Of a stretch of DNA of 64,000 bases, positions 1 through 10,202 are shown in pieces (positions within the stretch are counted from its first letter, which is position 1; the number at the start of each line of letters is the position of its first letter). The notes under the pieces were generated by a model. The model was not told the origin of the DNA. It was given only the letters and a program-made list of their open reading frames with translations, and searched no databases. The translations under genes and the position numbers were made by a program. The stretch covers positions 1,184,001 through 1,248,000 of the forward strand of contig CBDAOY010000008.1 in the NCBI GenBank assembly GCA_965198225.1, read 5' to 3'. The stretch is from Terriglobia bacterium (GTDB lineage: Bacteria > Acidobacteriota > Terriglobia > 20CM-2-55-15).

Positions 1-151
1 AGACGGCGGATTCGACGTCCGTGTGCGAAATGTCGGCGTCCTCGTATGCTCTCTGGGCCGCTCCGAACGTCAGTTCCCTGTAGGAGACTTCGGGCGTTAC
101 CGCCCTGACAGGGGTATACCCAACGCCGATGATAGCTACCTTTCCGGACAT
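1..151 (-). CDS. Thiolase-family protein (SCP-x/acetyl-CoA acetyltransferase type), 5' part only; runs off the window
   Basis: Manual translation of the minus strand from ATG at 151 gives MSGKVAIIGVGYTPVRAVTPEVSYRELTFGAAQRAYEDADISHTDVESAV, a typical thiolase N-terminus. Divergent from the HMG-CoA lyase gene. Confidence 0.75.
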   Translation of the reverse strand, partial: MSGKVAIIGVGYTPVRAVTPEVSYRELTFGAAQRAYEDADISHTDVESAV

Positions 152-301
152 GATCGCTCCGCGGTCCTTTACAAGGAGTGTTGCCGGCACCTATGATTGC
201 AAATCTTCGATGATGATAGGCGTTCTTAGGAGGTGAGTACGCGTATCAGGCACCAAAACGAACTGGTCTTTATGCCACAATTCGATTTCCTTTGCAAGGC
301 C

Positions 302-573
302 AGCAGCCCGTGGCAGAAGTCTGATGGTTCGCGCGCACGGGTCTTCGGAGGCGGAGATGAGGCGCGAGGAGGAACTGATGCGGTTTCATCATGACGACGA
401 GTAACAAAGTATCCGACCGCAACGCCCGTGCGCCCGGAGGGTTACGGCGGCGTCACACACGGGCGCTGTTGCCGCGCGACATTTTCTCCAGACCCGCGGA
501 TCGGTCGATCGCGCCTACCATCTGGCGCAACGCCGCCGTAACGCGAGCCATCAGACTTCTGCCACGGGCTGCT
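302..573. mobile_element. MITE-like non-autonomous element, family A, copy 1 (272 bp)
   Basis: 26-bp perfect terminal inverted repeat AGCAGCCCGTGGCAGAAGTCTGATGG (302-327 / 548-573), extendable to 32 bp with 1 mismatch. No transposase. A diverged inverted copy lies at 17974-18240. Confidence 0.8.
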
Positions 574-595
574 AGCGTCAACCAAACCAAACGCT

Positions 596-1507
596 ATGGA
601 TGCTGAAACCCCACGGGTCCGCATCGTCGAGGTCGGACCTCGCGATGGACTCCAGAACGAACCCGACACCGTGTCTACTGCCGACAAGGTGGAGTTCATC
701 GGACTGCTTGCAGACGCTGGGCTCCGGGAGATCGAGGTCGCGTCCTTCGTCCATCCGAAGTGGGTCCCGCAACTGGCCGACGCGAAGGAGGTGATCGAAG
801 AACTGGAAGACCGTCCCGGGCTGCGGTATTCGGCCCTCGTCCCGAACATGCGGGGCCTGGAACGTGCCATTGAAGCCGGCGTTTCCCGCATCGCCGTCTT
901 CACCTCAGCGTCGGAAACGTTCAACCACCGAAACATCAATATGGGCATTCAGGAGTCCCTGGACGCATTTCGGCCTGTCGTCGAAACGGCGCTCGAGGCC
1001 GACATCTCCGTACGGGGATATGTGTCCACCTGCTGGATCTGTCCATACGAAGGCAAAATTGCCAGAGACCAGGTCTCCCGGGTGATCGAGGATCTCTTCG
1101 AGGTCGGCGTCGATGAGGTGTCGGTCGGAGACACGATCGGCGGCGCGACGCCGAACGATGTCGAGACCACCCTCGACGAGTTGATTTCGAGAGTCGGGAA
1201 AGAAAGGCTTGCGATGCATTTCCACGACACGTATGGGATGGCCGTAGCCAACACCTACCAGGCACTGCGGATGGGCATCACGACCTTCGATAGTTCGGCC
1301 GGCGGTCTGGGCGGTTGCCCGTACGCTCCCGGAGCCCTCGGGAACGTCGCGACCGAAGACCTTCTGTATCTCTTCGACCGCCTCGGAATCAACACGGGAG
1401 TCCGGTTGAGCGGTATCCGGCACGCCTCGGAGTTCATCTCGAAGACTCTGGACCGGTCCCTGCCCTCCCGCGTGCTGAAGACCTCGGTCGGCAAAGACCT
1501 CAACTGA
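596..1507 (+). CDS. hmgL: Hydroxymethylglutaryl-CoA lyase
   Basis: EVGPRDGLQNE, HFHDTYG and GLGGCPYAPGA motifs of the DRE-TIM HMG-CoA lyase family; 303 aa. Confidence 0.95.
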   Translation: MDAETPRVRIVEVGPRDGLQNEPDTVSTADKVEFIGLLADAGLREIEVASFVHPKWVPQLADAKEVIEELEDRPGLRYSALVPNMRGLERAIEAGVSRIAVFTSASETFNHRNINMGIQESLDAFRPVVETALEADISVRGYVSTCWICPYEGKIARDQVSRVIEDLFEVGVDEVSVGDTIGGATPNDVETTLDELISRVGKERLAMHFHDTYGMAVANTYQALRMGITTFDSSAGGLGGCPYAPGALGNVATEDLLYLFDRLGINTGVRLSGIRHASEFISKTLDRSLPSRVLKTSVGKDLN

Positions 1508-1938
1508 TGGGACACGTCGCCGAATCGCGCCTCCGGGTCCGCTACGCGGAAACCGATCAAATGGGCGTCGTTTACTACTCGAACTACCTGGTATGGATGG
1601 AAATCGGTCGGGGCGACCTCTGCCGGAAGTGCGGCTTCATCTACCGCGATCTCGAGGACGAGGAGGGTGTCTTGATCGCCGTCGCGGATGCCCGTTGCCG
1701 ATACCACGCCTCAGCCCGATACGATGACGAGGTCATTGTACGGACGAAACTGGACCGGCTCCGGCGACGGACTATGACGTTCTCCTACGAAATAGCGAAC
1801 GCGTCGACGGGCCGGATGCTCGCAGAAGGCCAGACAACCCACGTCGCGGTCGGCCGGGACGGCAAGCCGAGAACGCTGCCGGGGAGATACGGGAAGCTGC
1901 TGGCCCAGGCGGTGGATGGGGATGGGCGTAGGCCGTAG
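1507..1938 (+). CDS. Acyl-CoA thioesterase (4HBT/YbgC hot-dog family)
   Basis: Start overlaps the upstream stop (TGATG). RVRYAETDQMGVVYYSNYLVWMEIGR signature. The stop codon lies within the CGTAGGC repeat. Confidence 0.92.
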   Translation: MGHVAESRLRVRYAETDQMGVVYYSNYLVWMEIGRGDLCRKCGFIYRDLEDEEGVLIAVADARCRYHASARYDDEVIVRTKLDRLRRRTMTFSYEIANASTGRMLAEGQTTHVAVGRDGKPRTLPGRYGKLLAQAVDGDGRRP

Positions 1939-2023
1939 GCCGTTGTCCGTTGCCGGATTCGGAAACACAATCCCGACCGGTGGAGCGCATGGCAACTGAC
2001 GACTGATGACTGACAACTGACAA
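1927..2023 (+). repeat. Heptamer repeats: (CGTAGGC)2-CGTTGTCCGTTG followed by (CTGACRA)-like units
   Basis: cgtaggccgtaggccgttgtccgttg at 1927-1952; ctgacgactgatgactgacaactgacaac at about 1996-2023. Confidence 0.75.
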
Positions 2024-2086
2024 CTTCCGCAATCAATCGGATAACATAGGCACCGCCAACCGGCATCAGGAGTGTCTCCACTACCC

Positions 2087-3250
2087 ATGTATCTATCGAA
2101 ACAAGCTCTCGGAGCCAAAGACTCCCTGATTCGCGAGATGTCGATCATCGCCCAGCAGGTCGAGAATCCCTACAAGCTGTACTGGGGCGAATCCGACATG
2201 GCCACACCCGAGTTCATCTGCCGTGCGGCGTACGAGGCCTTGCGGGACGGTCACACCTTCTACACACCGACTCCCGGCTACGACGATCTGAGGGAGGCGA
2301 TCGCGGCCAAGTTCCTGGAGGTCCACGGCGTCGAATACAAGCCGAGCGAGGTCGTCTGTACCGGCGGCGCCGTGATGGCGATATTCCTGACGATCCGATC
2401 GCTAGTCGATCCCGGCGACAACGTCGTCATCGTCGAGCCCACCTGGCCGGTCTTTGCGTCGAGCGTGACGCTGATGGGAGCAGAAGCGCGTGCCGTGCCG
2501 CTGGCGGAAGGCAAAGACGGCTTTGTCCTCGACCAGGACCGCGTCCGCGGCGCCGTCGATGAACGAACTCGGATGTTGATCATCAACAGCCCCGGAAACC
2601 CGACGGGCTGGGTAATCGACCGCGAAGAGCAGGAAGCCCTCTGGAACATGGCGGTGGAACACAACTTCGTGATCCTGGCCGACGAGGTGTACGACCGCAT
2701 CATCTTCGATCGACCTGCCGCTCCGACATTCGCGGCCGTCGCGACCGACCACGATCATGTCGTGGTCATCAACAGCTTCTCGAAGACCTATAACATGACT
2801 GGCTGGCGCCTCGGCTACGCGCTCGCGAACGAGCGACTCGTCGAGTTGATGGCCAAGCTCGAGGAGTTCGTCGTATCCAACCCTCCCGCCATGGCTCAAC
2901 GCGCGGCCATCGTCGCGCTCCGGGACGGAGAGCCCTACGTCCAGGAAATTCGGGACAAGTATAGCCGGCGGCGGCAGATCACCGTCGACAAGCTGAAGGC
3001 CATACCCCAGGTGACGCTTCCCGATCCCGTCGGGGCTTTCTATGCGTTCCCGAAACTCGAAGGGCTACACGACTCGCTTTCGTTCGCGAAGAAGCTGCTA
3101 CTCGAAGCGCGCGTCGGCATGGTACCCGGCATCGCGTTTGGCCAGAGCGGCGAAGGCCACATGCGCATGTGCTTCGCCGCCTCGGAGGAAATACTCGTTC
3201 CCGCACTGGACAACTTCAAGACGTTCATCGAACAGAATCTATGCGACTGA
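2087..3250 (+). CDS. PLP-dependent aminotransferase class I/II (aspartate aminotransferase-like)
   Basis: INSPGNPTG, DEVY and SFSKTYNMTGWRLG (PLP lysine) motifs. Start is ATG 2087 or GTG 2072. Confidence 0.93.
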   Translation: MYLSKQALGAKDSLIREMSIIAQQVENPYKLYWGESDMATPEFICRAAYEALRDGHTFYTPTPGYDDLREAIAAKFLEVHGVEYKPSEVVCTGGAVMAIFLTIRSLVDPGDNVVIVEPTWPVFASSVTLMGAEARAVPLAEGKDGFVLDQDRVRGAVDERTRMLIINSPGNPTGWVIDREEQEALWNMAVEHNFVILADEVYDRIIFDRPAAPTFAAVATDHDHVVVINSFSKTYNMTGWRLGYALANERLVELMAKLEEFVVSNPPAMAQRAAIVALRDGEPYVQEIRDKYSRRRQITVDKLKAIPQVTLPDPVGAFYAFPKLEGLHDSLSFAKKLLLEARVGMVPGIAFGQSGEGHMRMCFAASEEILVPALDNFKTFIEQNLCD

Positions 3251-4266
3251 CAGTCCTCGACCTGACTCGTCTCCTTCCCGGCGGGTATGCGACTCACCTG
3301 CTGCGCGAGATGGGAGCCAGGGTCATCAAGGTCGAGGATCCCGGGGCCGGCGACTACCTCCGTGGGTTTCCCTTCCCTCTCGAAGACGGCATGAGTGTCT
3401 ACTTTCACGCTATCAACCGCGGGAAAGAGAGCATCGTGGTCGACCTGAAGAAATCCCTCGATGTGCTCCTCGGACTCGCCCGGCATGCGGACGTGATCAT
3501 CGAGGGGTTCCGCCCAGGTGTCATGGAACGGCTGGGCGCCGGATATGAAGAAGTCGCGAAAAAAAACGAGGGGATTGTCTACTGCTCGCTCAGTGGCTAC
3601 GGCTCGGAAGGAGACTACCGCGACAGACCCGGCCACGACGTAAACTACCTGAGTCTCGCAGGACTGATCGACCTTCAGCGCGGTCAGGACAGTCGTCCTG
3701 CAATGCCCGCTCTACAGATCGCAGACGTCGCTTCAGGATCGTTGTTCGTCGTCGCGCGCATCCTGCAGGCGATCGTCGAGCGCTCGGAGAGCGGCGCGGG
3801 TTGCCGTCTGGACCTGTCCATGCTCGAGGGCACTGCTTCTCTGATGTCCTTCACGGCATCGCCGGCCGCGATCACCGGCCGGAAGATCGGCTGGGAAGAC
3901 CTGCTCTTGAACGGCCAGGTGGCCTGCTACAACCTCTACCCCACGGCAGACGATCGGTGGATTTCCCTCGGCAACCTGGAAGAAAAGTTCTGGATCACTT
4001 TCTGCGAAGTCGTGGAAAGGCCCGGCTGGGTCGACCGACAGTTCGATCGGTCCGAGGAATTCCGGGCCGAGGTCTCTGTTCTCTTTCGATCCCGGAGGCT
4101 TGACGAGTGGGTTCGCACGTTCGAGGGACACGACACGTGCGTCGAACCGGTGCTCACGCTCGGCGAGGCGGCCCAGCGCGGCATCTTCAAGTATCCGGAC
4201 CTGCCCGCACCGAAACACGGCGAGCACACCGAACAGGTGCTCCGCGAGTTTCTGGGACCAGGCTGA
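3241..4266 (+). CDS. CoA-transferase family III (CaiB/BaiF, alpha-methylacyl-CoA racemase-like)
   Basis: VLDLTRLLPG, NRGKES, EGFRPGV and GHDVNY motifs. ATG at 3241 overlaps the upstream gene end. Confidence 0.92.
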   Translation: MRLTVLDLTRLLPGGYATHLLREMGARVIKVEDPGAGDYLRGFPFPLEDGMSVYFHAINRGKESIVVDLKKSLDVLLGLARHADVIIEGFRPGVMERLGAGYEEVAKKNEGIVYCSLSGYGSEGDYRDRPGHDVNYLSLAGLIDLQRGQDSRPAMPALQIADVASGSLFVVARILQAIVERSESGAGCRLDLSMLEGTASLMSFTASPAAITGRKIGWEDLLLNGQVACYNLYPTADDRWISLGNLEEKFWITFCEVVERPGWVDRQFDRSEEFRAEVSVLFRSRRLDEWVRTFEGHDTCVEPVLTLGEAAQRGIFKYPDLPAPKHGEHTEQVLREFLGPG

Positions 4267-4440
4267 GCTATCAGCGTACTCGTCGTAAGTTGTGGAGTGT
4301 CTGACAGGCGCGGCCCGGCGTAGTTACTGGTGCTGCTGACAGTAGTGCCGGCGCCCTCCGGTGCTGAAAGCTGAATGCTGATAGCACGCTTGATCCGGAA
4401 ACATCTGAGAGCAGAATTCTCAAACCCAAGGATCAAGGGT

Positions 4441-6015
4441 CTAGGGTTCGGGGTTGGACTGCGACTGCGCGGCCCACGCTGCAGGGTGGCCGCCGGCGAG
4501 TTGGTCGAGTTCGAACGCCACCTCAGGAGTGCGTTCCCGCCCCTTCCGGTCCGCCAGGCTTACGACTATTCCCGCAAGACCACCCAGGAAGAACGCAGGA
4601 GTCATTTCCTCGAGAGTGCCGAAGGCGGCTCCAACACCCGGCAGCAGCGGTGCCCCGAACTTGAACAACGGCACCGCAACAAACCCCGTGATCATCGCCG
4701 CCAGCGCGCCCCTGGCCGTCATTCCCTTCCAGAACAGCGAAAGGATCATCGTAGGACAGAAGGTCGCCGCGATCCCCGACCATCCGAAAATAACGAACCA
4801 GAACACCGTCCGATCCGGACTGAGAACGGACACCGCCAGCGCCAGCCCGAGCGCCACGACGGCCAGCACGGCCGTCGTGCGTCGACTCATCGATACCAGC
4901 GTCGAGTCGGGCAGCTCCGGGTGGCGAGTCTTCTGGTAGTAATCCCGCACGAACGCACTGGACGCCACTACGAGCAGGGAGTCGACCGTCGACATGATCG
5001 CCGACAACACGACTGCAATCATCACACCGACCAACAAGGCGGGGAGCATGGCATCGACCAGAGCCGGCAGAACGCCCTCACCGCCGGGTCCCAGAACTTG
5101 CTCGAGTCCCTGACCGGGCCTCACGAAGAGATGTCGTCCAACCATACCGGTCATCACCGCACCCGAATCGGCCAGAACGGTCCACGCGATGGCGACCCCG
5201 GCGCCGCGCGAGATCTCGTTTTCGGAACGCAATGCCAGAAACCGGACGAAAATCTGCGGCGAACCCAGAAAGCCCAGCCCGATCGAAGCCAGCGCCAGTA
5301 CCGAGAAAATCGTCAGCGGGCCCCAACCACCCGGCCCCCACAGGCTCAGGAGTCCTGGATCCTGAGCATGCAGACCTGCAAGCACCGGACCGAGACCGCC
5401 GGACGCAGCGATCCCGATGACGGGCAGGCCGACCAGGCCCAGGAACATCAGGCTGCCTTGAAAGACGTCGGACCAGACGACCGCGACAAAGCCCCCGCTG
5501 ATGATGTAGGCCAGAACGACGACAAAACCGAAGATGGCTCCGGCGTAGTAGTTCCAGCCCAGGAAACTGTTGAAGGCCGTTCCCGTCGCGTCGATCTGCG
5601 CACTCACGTAAATCGTCACGAAAATGACGAGAGCACCGGCTGAGACCAGGCGAAGCAGATGGCGGTTGTCCCGAAACCGAGACTCCAGATAGTCGGGCAC
5701 CGTGATCGCGTCGTAGCGATCGGTCAGGCGCTTGAAACGCCGGCTCATCAATAGCCAAGCGCCGGCCACGCCGAGGACTTCTCCCACGACAACCCAGAAG
5801 GCTTTGACTCCTACGGCCGCACCCATACCAGTCAGGCCGAGCAGAAGCCACGCCGATTCGCCGGTGGCGCGGGCGGAAAACGCCACCGCCAGAAAGCCGA
5901 GACGCTTACCCCCGGCGAAGTAGTCCTTGAGGTCGGTCATGCGCCGCGAGGCCAGGGCGCCAATGACGACGAGCGTCGTCATGTACGCGAGGAGCGCAAT
6001 CAGCTTGAACGCCAT
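4441..6015 (-). CDS. putP: Sodium/proline symporter (SSS family)
   Basis: About 13 hydrophobic segments; DYFAGG..LG, SARATGESAWLLLGL, GGFVAVVWSDVFQG and SAIMSTVDS motifs. Confidence 0.88.
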   Translation of the reverse strand: MAFKLIALLAYMTTLVVIGALASRRMTDLKDYFAGGKRLGFLAVAFSARATGESAWLLLGLTGMGAAVGVKAFWVVVGEVLGVAGAWLLMSRRFKRLTDRYDAITVPDYLESRFRDNRHLLRLVSAGALVIFVTIYVSAQIDATGTAFNSFLGWNYYAGAIFGFVVVLAYIISGGFVAVVWSDVFQGSLMFLGLVGLPVIGIAASGGLGPVLAGLHAQDPGLLSLWGPGGWGPLTIFSVLALASIGLGFLGSPQIFVRFLALRSENEISRGAGVAIAWTVLADSGAVMTGMVGRHLFVRPGQGLEQVLGPGGEGVLPALVDAMLPALLVGVMIAVVLSAIMSTVDSLLVVASSAFVRDYYQKTRHPELPDSTLVSMSRRTTAVLAVVALGLALAVSVLSPDRTVFWFVIFGWSGIAATFCPTMILSLFWKGMTARGALAAMITGFVAVPLFKFGAPLLPGVGAAFGTLEEMTPAFFLGGLAGIVVSLADRKGRERTPEVAFELDQLAGGHPAAWAAQSQSNPEP

Positions 6016-6067
6016 TGTTGATGGGTATACCCGCCGGGTGGGGAACTTCGCAAGGGGTTTCTAGTGA

Positions 6068-6576
6068 GTGCGGTCTATGATCGCAGGTCGTTTTGAGAAG
6101 TTGCAGTTGCTGGAAAAACTTTCGGCACTCGTACCCGCTCAACGAACCCACCTAGTTCGATACAGCGGAATCCTGGCGCCAGCGGCCAAATGGAGACCCT
6201 ACCTGGGCGGAATTGATGAAACGCATTTGGGCCTTCGATGTCCTGGAATGTCCCAGCTGCCTCGGCCGCATGAGAATCCTCACCGCAATTCATCCTCCCG
6301 AGGCGACACAGAAAATCCTGGACTGCCTCGGTCTACCCTCGTGTGCACCACCGGTTGACCCGGCCGCCTCTATGCATTCCACTCCACCGGACTGGTTCTG
6401 AACACGGCTCGAAAGCCGACCGAGATTCGTGCGCTTCGGCCCGTGCGATTCTGCGTGTCGGGCGCGATTCTTCGGCGTTTCTGCCTCCTGCAACTCCAAA
6501 ATGACACCCCAACGGCGACAGTTCCGCCGTGCGTCCCGCCCCCTGCCCTGCGAACCCCTCTTGTTTTACTTATCGC
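6068..6576 (+). mobile_element. IS91/ISCR-family rolling-circle transposase remnant (C-terminal fragments) with possible oriIS end
   Basis: Two frames give LEKLSALVPAQRTHLVRYSGILAPAAKWR and LMKRIWAFDVLECPSCLGRMRILTAI...KILDCLGLP..APP, typical Y2 transposase C-terminal segments. The N-terminus is absent. The downstream CTTGTTTTACTTATC only loosely resembles an ISCR oriIS end. Confidence 0.75.
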
Positions 6577-6743
6577 CATGATAGGCTTTGGGTCCCGATG
6601 GATGGGTGTGTTCATTCCAGGACAGGCTGCCGGCAATATAGGTGTGTGTTATGTCCTTGAACGCAGCCCCTCGCTTCCCCCGGCTGGCGCCTGTTGCCCT
6701 GCCGCCAAAGTGAGCGAGCTGACCCGGCGATAGGAGGTCGTGG

Positions 6744-8261
6744 GTGTCCTTGTCCAACCGAGTGGGCGGAGCAGTCGTCAGAACGCTCCTTCTCACAGAT
6801 CTGGTTGACAGCACTCGGCTGATCGAGCGAATCGGCGATGTGCGTGCTTCGGAAGTTCTGGCCGACTCGGACCGGATCGCGCGCGATCTGCTCGTCCGGT
6901 TCAACGGAACGGAGATCGACAAGACCGACGGGTTTCTGTTCCTGTTCGAACGTCCCATCGACGCCGTTCGCTATGCCCTGGCCTATCACACGGCTCTTGG
7001 GGAGTTGGAAAGCAGGATTGGCGCATCGATCTCGTCCAGGGCCGGAATCCACCTGGGCGAGGTCGTCCTCCGCCGGAACGCGCCTCAGGATGTCGAACTG
7101 GGCGCCAAGCCGGTGGAGGTCGACGGATTGGCCAAGCACACGGCCGCACGCGTGATGTCGCTTGCCGGCGCGAAGCAAACTCTCCTGACACGCGGCGCAT
7201 TCGATCTGTCCCGCCGTGCCACCGTCGGTGAGCCGGCCCTCGACGAGGAGATACAGTGGTTGGCCCACGGCCAGTATCGCTTTAAAGGGGTCAGCGAACC
7301 GATGGAGATATTCGAGGTCGGGAGGGCCGGATTTGCCCCGCTCGCTGCGCCGCCTGATTCGGAAAAGGCCGGTCGCGCCTTGACGGCGGCCGACGCGTTG
7401 CTGCTCGGATGGCGACCCGCCGCCGGACTCGAGGTACCGCATCGCTCCAATTGGGTGCTTCGGGACAAGCTCGGTGAAGGCGGCTTCGGGGAAACCTGGC
7501 TCGCGGCCAATGGCAAGACCGGTGAGCAGCGAACGTTCAAGTTCTGTCTGGATGCCGAGCGATTGAGGGCCCTGCGACGAGAAGTGTCCGTCTTCCGGCT
7601 GATGAGAGAGCTTCTGGGGAATCGCGATGACATCGGGCGGATCCTCGATTGGCAGTTCGACGAGGCGCCCTACTTCCTCGAGTCCGAGTGGAGCGAGGAC
7701 GGGAATTTCATCGAGTGGGCCGAACGGCAGGGCGGCCTGGATCAGGTCCCTCTCTCTATCCGGTTGGAACTGATCGCCCGGCTGGCCGATGCGCTGGCGG
7801 CCGCACATTCGGTTGGCGTCCTGCACAAGGATCTCAAGCCGGCCAGCATCCTGATTGCGACAGACCGCAACGGCGTCCCAAAGGTTCGGCTCATGGACTT
7901 TGGCCTTGGCGCGATCCAGGACACACAGATCTTTCAGGACAAGGGCATAACGTTCTACAGCATGACCGACATGTTCTTACCCAAGAGCGATTCGACGACC
8001 GGGAACGCACATCTCTATATGGCGCCCGAGCTGATCGAGGGCAACGAGGCGACCGTTCAGACCGATATCTTTGCGCTCGGAGTGATGCTCTACCAGGTCG
8101 TTGTCGGCGACTTCGGCCGCGCGCTGGCGTCGGGGTGGGAACGGAACATCAGCGACGAGTTGCTCCGCGAGGAAATCAGCTCGTTAGTCGACGGATCGTC
8201 GAATCGTCGCAAGGACAACGCGCTTGAAGTTGCGGATCATCTGCGCCGCCTGCCTGAGCGT
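6744..8261 (+). pseudogene. Class III nucleotide-cyclase-like domain fused to a Ser/Thr protein kinase, 3'-truncated by IS5
   Basis: Cyclase motifs LLLTDLVDST, IDKTDG, RAGIHLGEV, AARVMSLA. Kinase motifs LGEGGFGETW, FK, HKDLKP, DFG, YMAPE, DIFALGV. Native sequence stops at the IS end (8262); the ORF to 9134 is read-through into the IS antisense strand. Confidence 0.85.
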
Positions 8262-9365
8262 AGCGTTGTTGCATGGATCGGGGCGGAGATGGAATTCGCC
8301 CTTTCCAAAGCGGTAGCGTCAGGCGATACGTTCGAACACAGGCCGTCCGAGTGCGGTCATTGTGTTCAGGACTTTCTGGCCGACCTGGATCTCCGTGATT
8401 TGCCTGGAGAAGCTGCGAGATTTGAGCTTGGGGCCGATGACGCTCTTCCACCGGCCGATCTGCGTTTCTATCCGGCTGCGCTGGTTGTACCCTGTGGCCA
8501 CTTGCCAGGCCATGCGGCCGTTGCTGCGGATCTGGGCAATATGGCGATCCCGAACGGTTGGATCCCGCGCCGATTGCGGTCGGATCACTGCGTTCTTTGG
8601 CGGCGGTATAACCACATCCAGGGTCTCCCCATACCGTTCCCTCAGCAGATCCCGTGTGGACGCTCCATCATAGGCGCCGTCCGCCAGAAAGCCCGTGACA
8701 GGGGCATCGAGTTGATCCAGGAGCCCGGGCAAGGCGGTGCTGTCTCCAACGTCATCGTGAGTCAGATTGGCGCAAACAATCGCACCGCTATGGAGGTCCA
8801 GTCCGAGGTGGAGTTTGCGCCAGCGGCGGCGTATTCCCCTGGTTTTATGTTTCTGCGCGAGCCATTCCCCTTCGCCGAAGATCTTGAGGCCGGTACTGTC
8901 CACCACCAGATGGACAGCCACAGACCCGGCTTGCCTCATCACCTGCGCGATGCTCAAGCCGTTTGCGCGACGCGACAGTGTGGAGAAGTCCGGCACCCGT
9001 ATATCCAGCCCCATGAGCGTGCCGATGGAACCCATCAGCCCCTGCGTTTGTCGCAACCCAAGCCGATACGCCGTGCGCAGCGTCAGGCATGTCTCGATAG
9101 CCAGATCCGAGTATCTCCGCTGGCCACCCCGTGACGTGCGGCGCGGCGCGCGCCACACACTTTGAGCCTCATCACTGACCCAAATCGTCAGATCACCCCG
9201 CTGGCGCAGGCTCTCGTTATATTCCGCCCAGTTGATCACCCGGTACTGCGCCTTATCAAACTTGTGCCGTCGGGCTGCGTTGAACTTATGTGGCATCTAA
9301 GTTATCCCCGGTGTTGAAAAACACAATGATAAGACATCCTTCGGGATGATCCATGCAACAAGGTC
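8262..9365 (-). mobile_element. IS5-family (IS903-group) insertion sequence, 1104 bp
   Basis: 18-bp imperfect IRs AGCGTTGTTGCATGGATC (8262-8279) and GATCCATGCAACAAGGTC (9348-9365) with a 14-bp perfect core. Flanks CCTGAGCGT and CTCGAGAAC do not form a TSD. Confidence 0.9.
8319..9296 (-). CDS. IS5-family DDE transposase
   Basis: YRVINWAEYNESLRQRGDLTIW, PDFSTLSRR, VVDSTGLK, WRKLHLG, ADGAYD and GYNQRSRIET motifs; intact 325 aa. Confidence 0.95.
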   Translation of the reverse strand: MPHKFNAARRHKFDKAQYRVINWAEYNESLRQRGDLTIWVSDEAQSVWRAPRRTSRGGQRRYSDLAIETCLTLRTAYRLGLRQTQGLMGSIGTLMGLDIRVPDFSTLSRRANGLSIAQVMRQAGSVAVHLVVDSTGLKIFGEGEWLAQKHKTRGIRRRWRKLHLGLDLHSGAIVCANLTHDDVGDSTALPGLLDQLDAPVTGFLADGAYDGASTRDLLRERYGETLDVVIPPPKNAVIRPQSARDPTVRDRHIAQIRSNGRMAWQVATGYNQRSRIETQIGRWKSVIGPKLKSRSFSRQITEIQVGQKVLNTMTALGRPVFERIA

Positions 9366-10202
9366 CTCGAGAACCAGGGCGTTCCGAGAGAACGCATCCC
9401 GGAAGAACTGTTTCGTGTTTACGACGGGGAGTTGCGATTGAGACAGCCGATCTCGGGCCCTTACACGGGGCGCGGCGACCACACCCTCAACGGTCCTATT
9501 TACGTCGATGGCGCCGAACCGGGCGACATGCTGGAAGTCCGGATCCTTTCGGTCGACCTCTGGCTACCCGTAGCGGGGCAGAGCGTAAGGGCAAACCTCT
9601 ATCCCGATGGGTTCGCGACGATTCGCCAGTTTGTGCACTGGATCGACCTGGAAAGCCGGACGGTTGAATACGCGCCTGGTGTCGTGGTTCCGCTCAAGCC
9701 CTTCTGGGGCGTCATCGGAGTGGCCCCGCCACCCGCGATGGGCCGGATCGGTAGCGGTCCCCCGAATGTCTTCGGGGGCAACATGGACAACCGGGACCTG
9801 GGAGCAGGCAGCACGCTGTACCTGCCCGTGTTCAACGAGGGCGCTCTGCTCTCGATCGGAGACGGTCACGGCGCGCAGGGATACGGCGAGGTGTCGGGTT
9901 CCGCGGTGGAGACATCGCTCAAGGGCGAAATCCAGGTCATCCTACACAAGAATCAGCGCCTGCGGCTTCCGCGGGCCGAAACCCCGACGCACTACATGAC
10001 GATGGGGCTCGACCGCGACCTGGATCAGGCCGCGTTGATCGCAACGACGGAGATGATCGATTTCCTCGTCGCAACAAAGGGCCTGGATCGCGAAACGGCC
10101 ATCGCCCTGTCGAGTGTCGCGATGGATCTCGTCGTGACCCAGATCGTGGATGGAACCAAGGGCATCCACGCGATGATCCCGAAATCGATTTTCGAACCCT
10201 GA
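9366..10202 (+). pseudogene. Acetamidase/formamidase-family protein, 5'-truncated at the IS boundary
   Basis: The frame is open from the IS edge (LENQGVPRERIPEELFRVYDGE...). Motifs HTLNGPIYVDGAEPGD, GGNMDNRDL, LSIGDGHGAQGYGEVSGSAVET. No native start or N-terminus. Confidence 0.85.

Noticed and set aside
185-200. Sigma-54 promoter CGGCAC..TTGC
   Set aside because: The GG-to-GC spacing is 11 nt, not the required 10.
6744-9134. 796-aa ORF as one intact protein
   Set aside because: Everything after 8261 is antisense read-through into the IS5 transposase.
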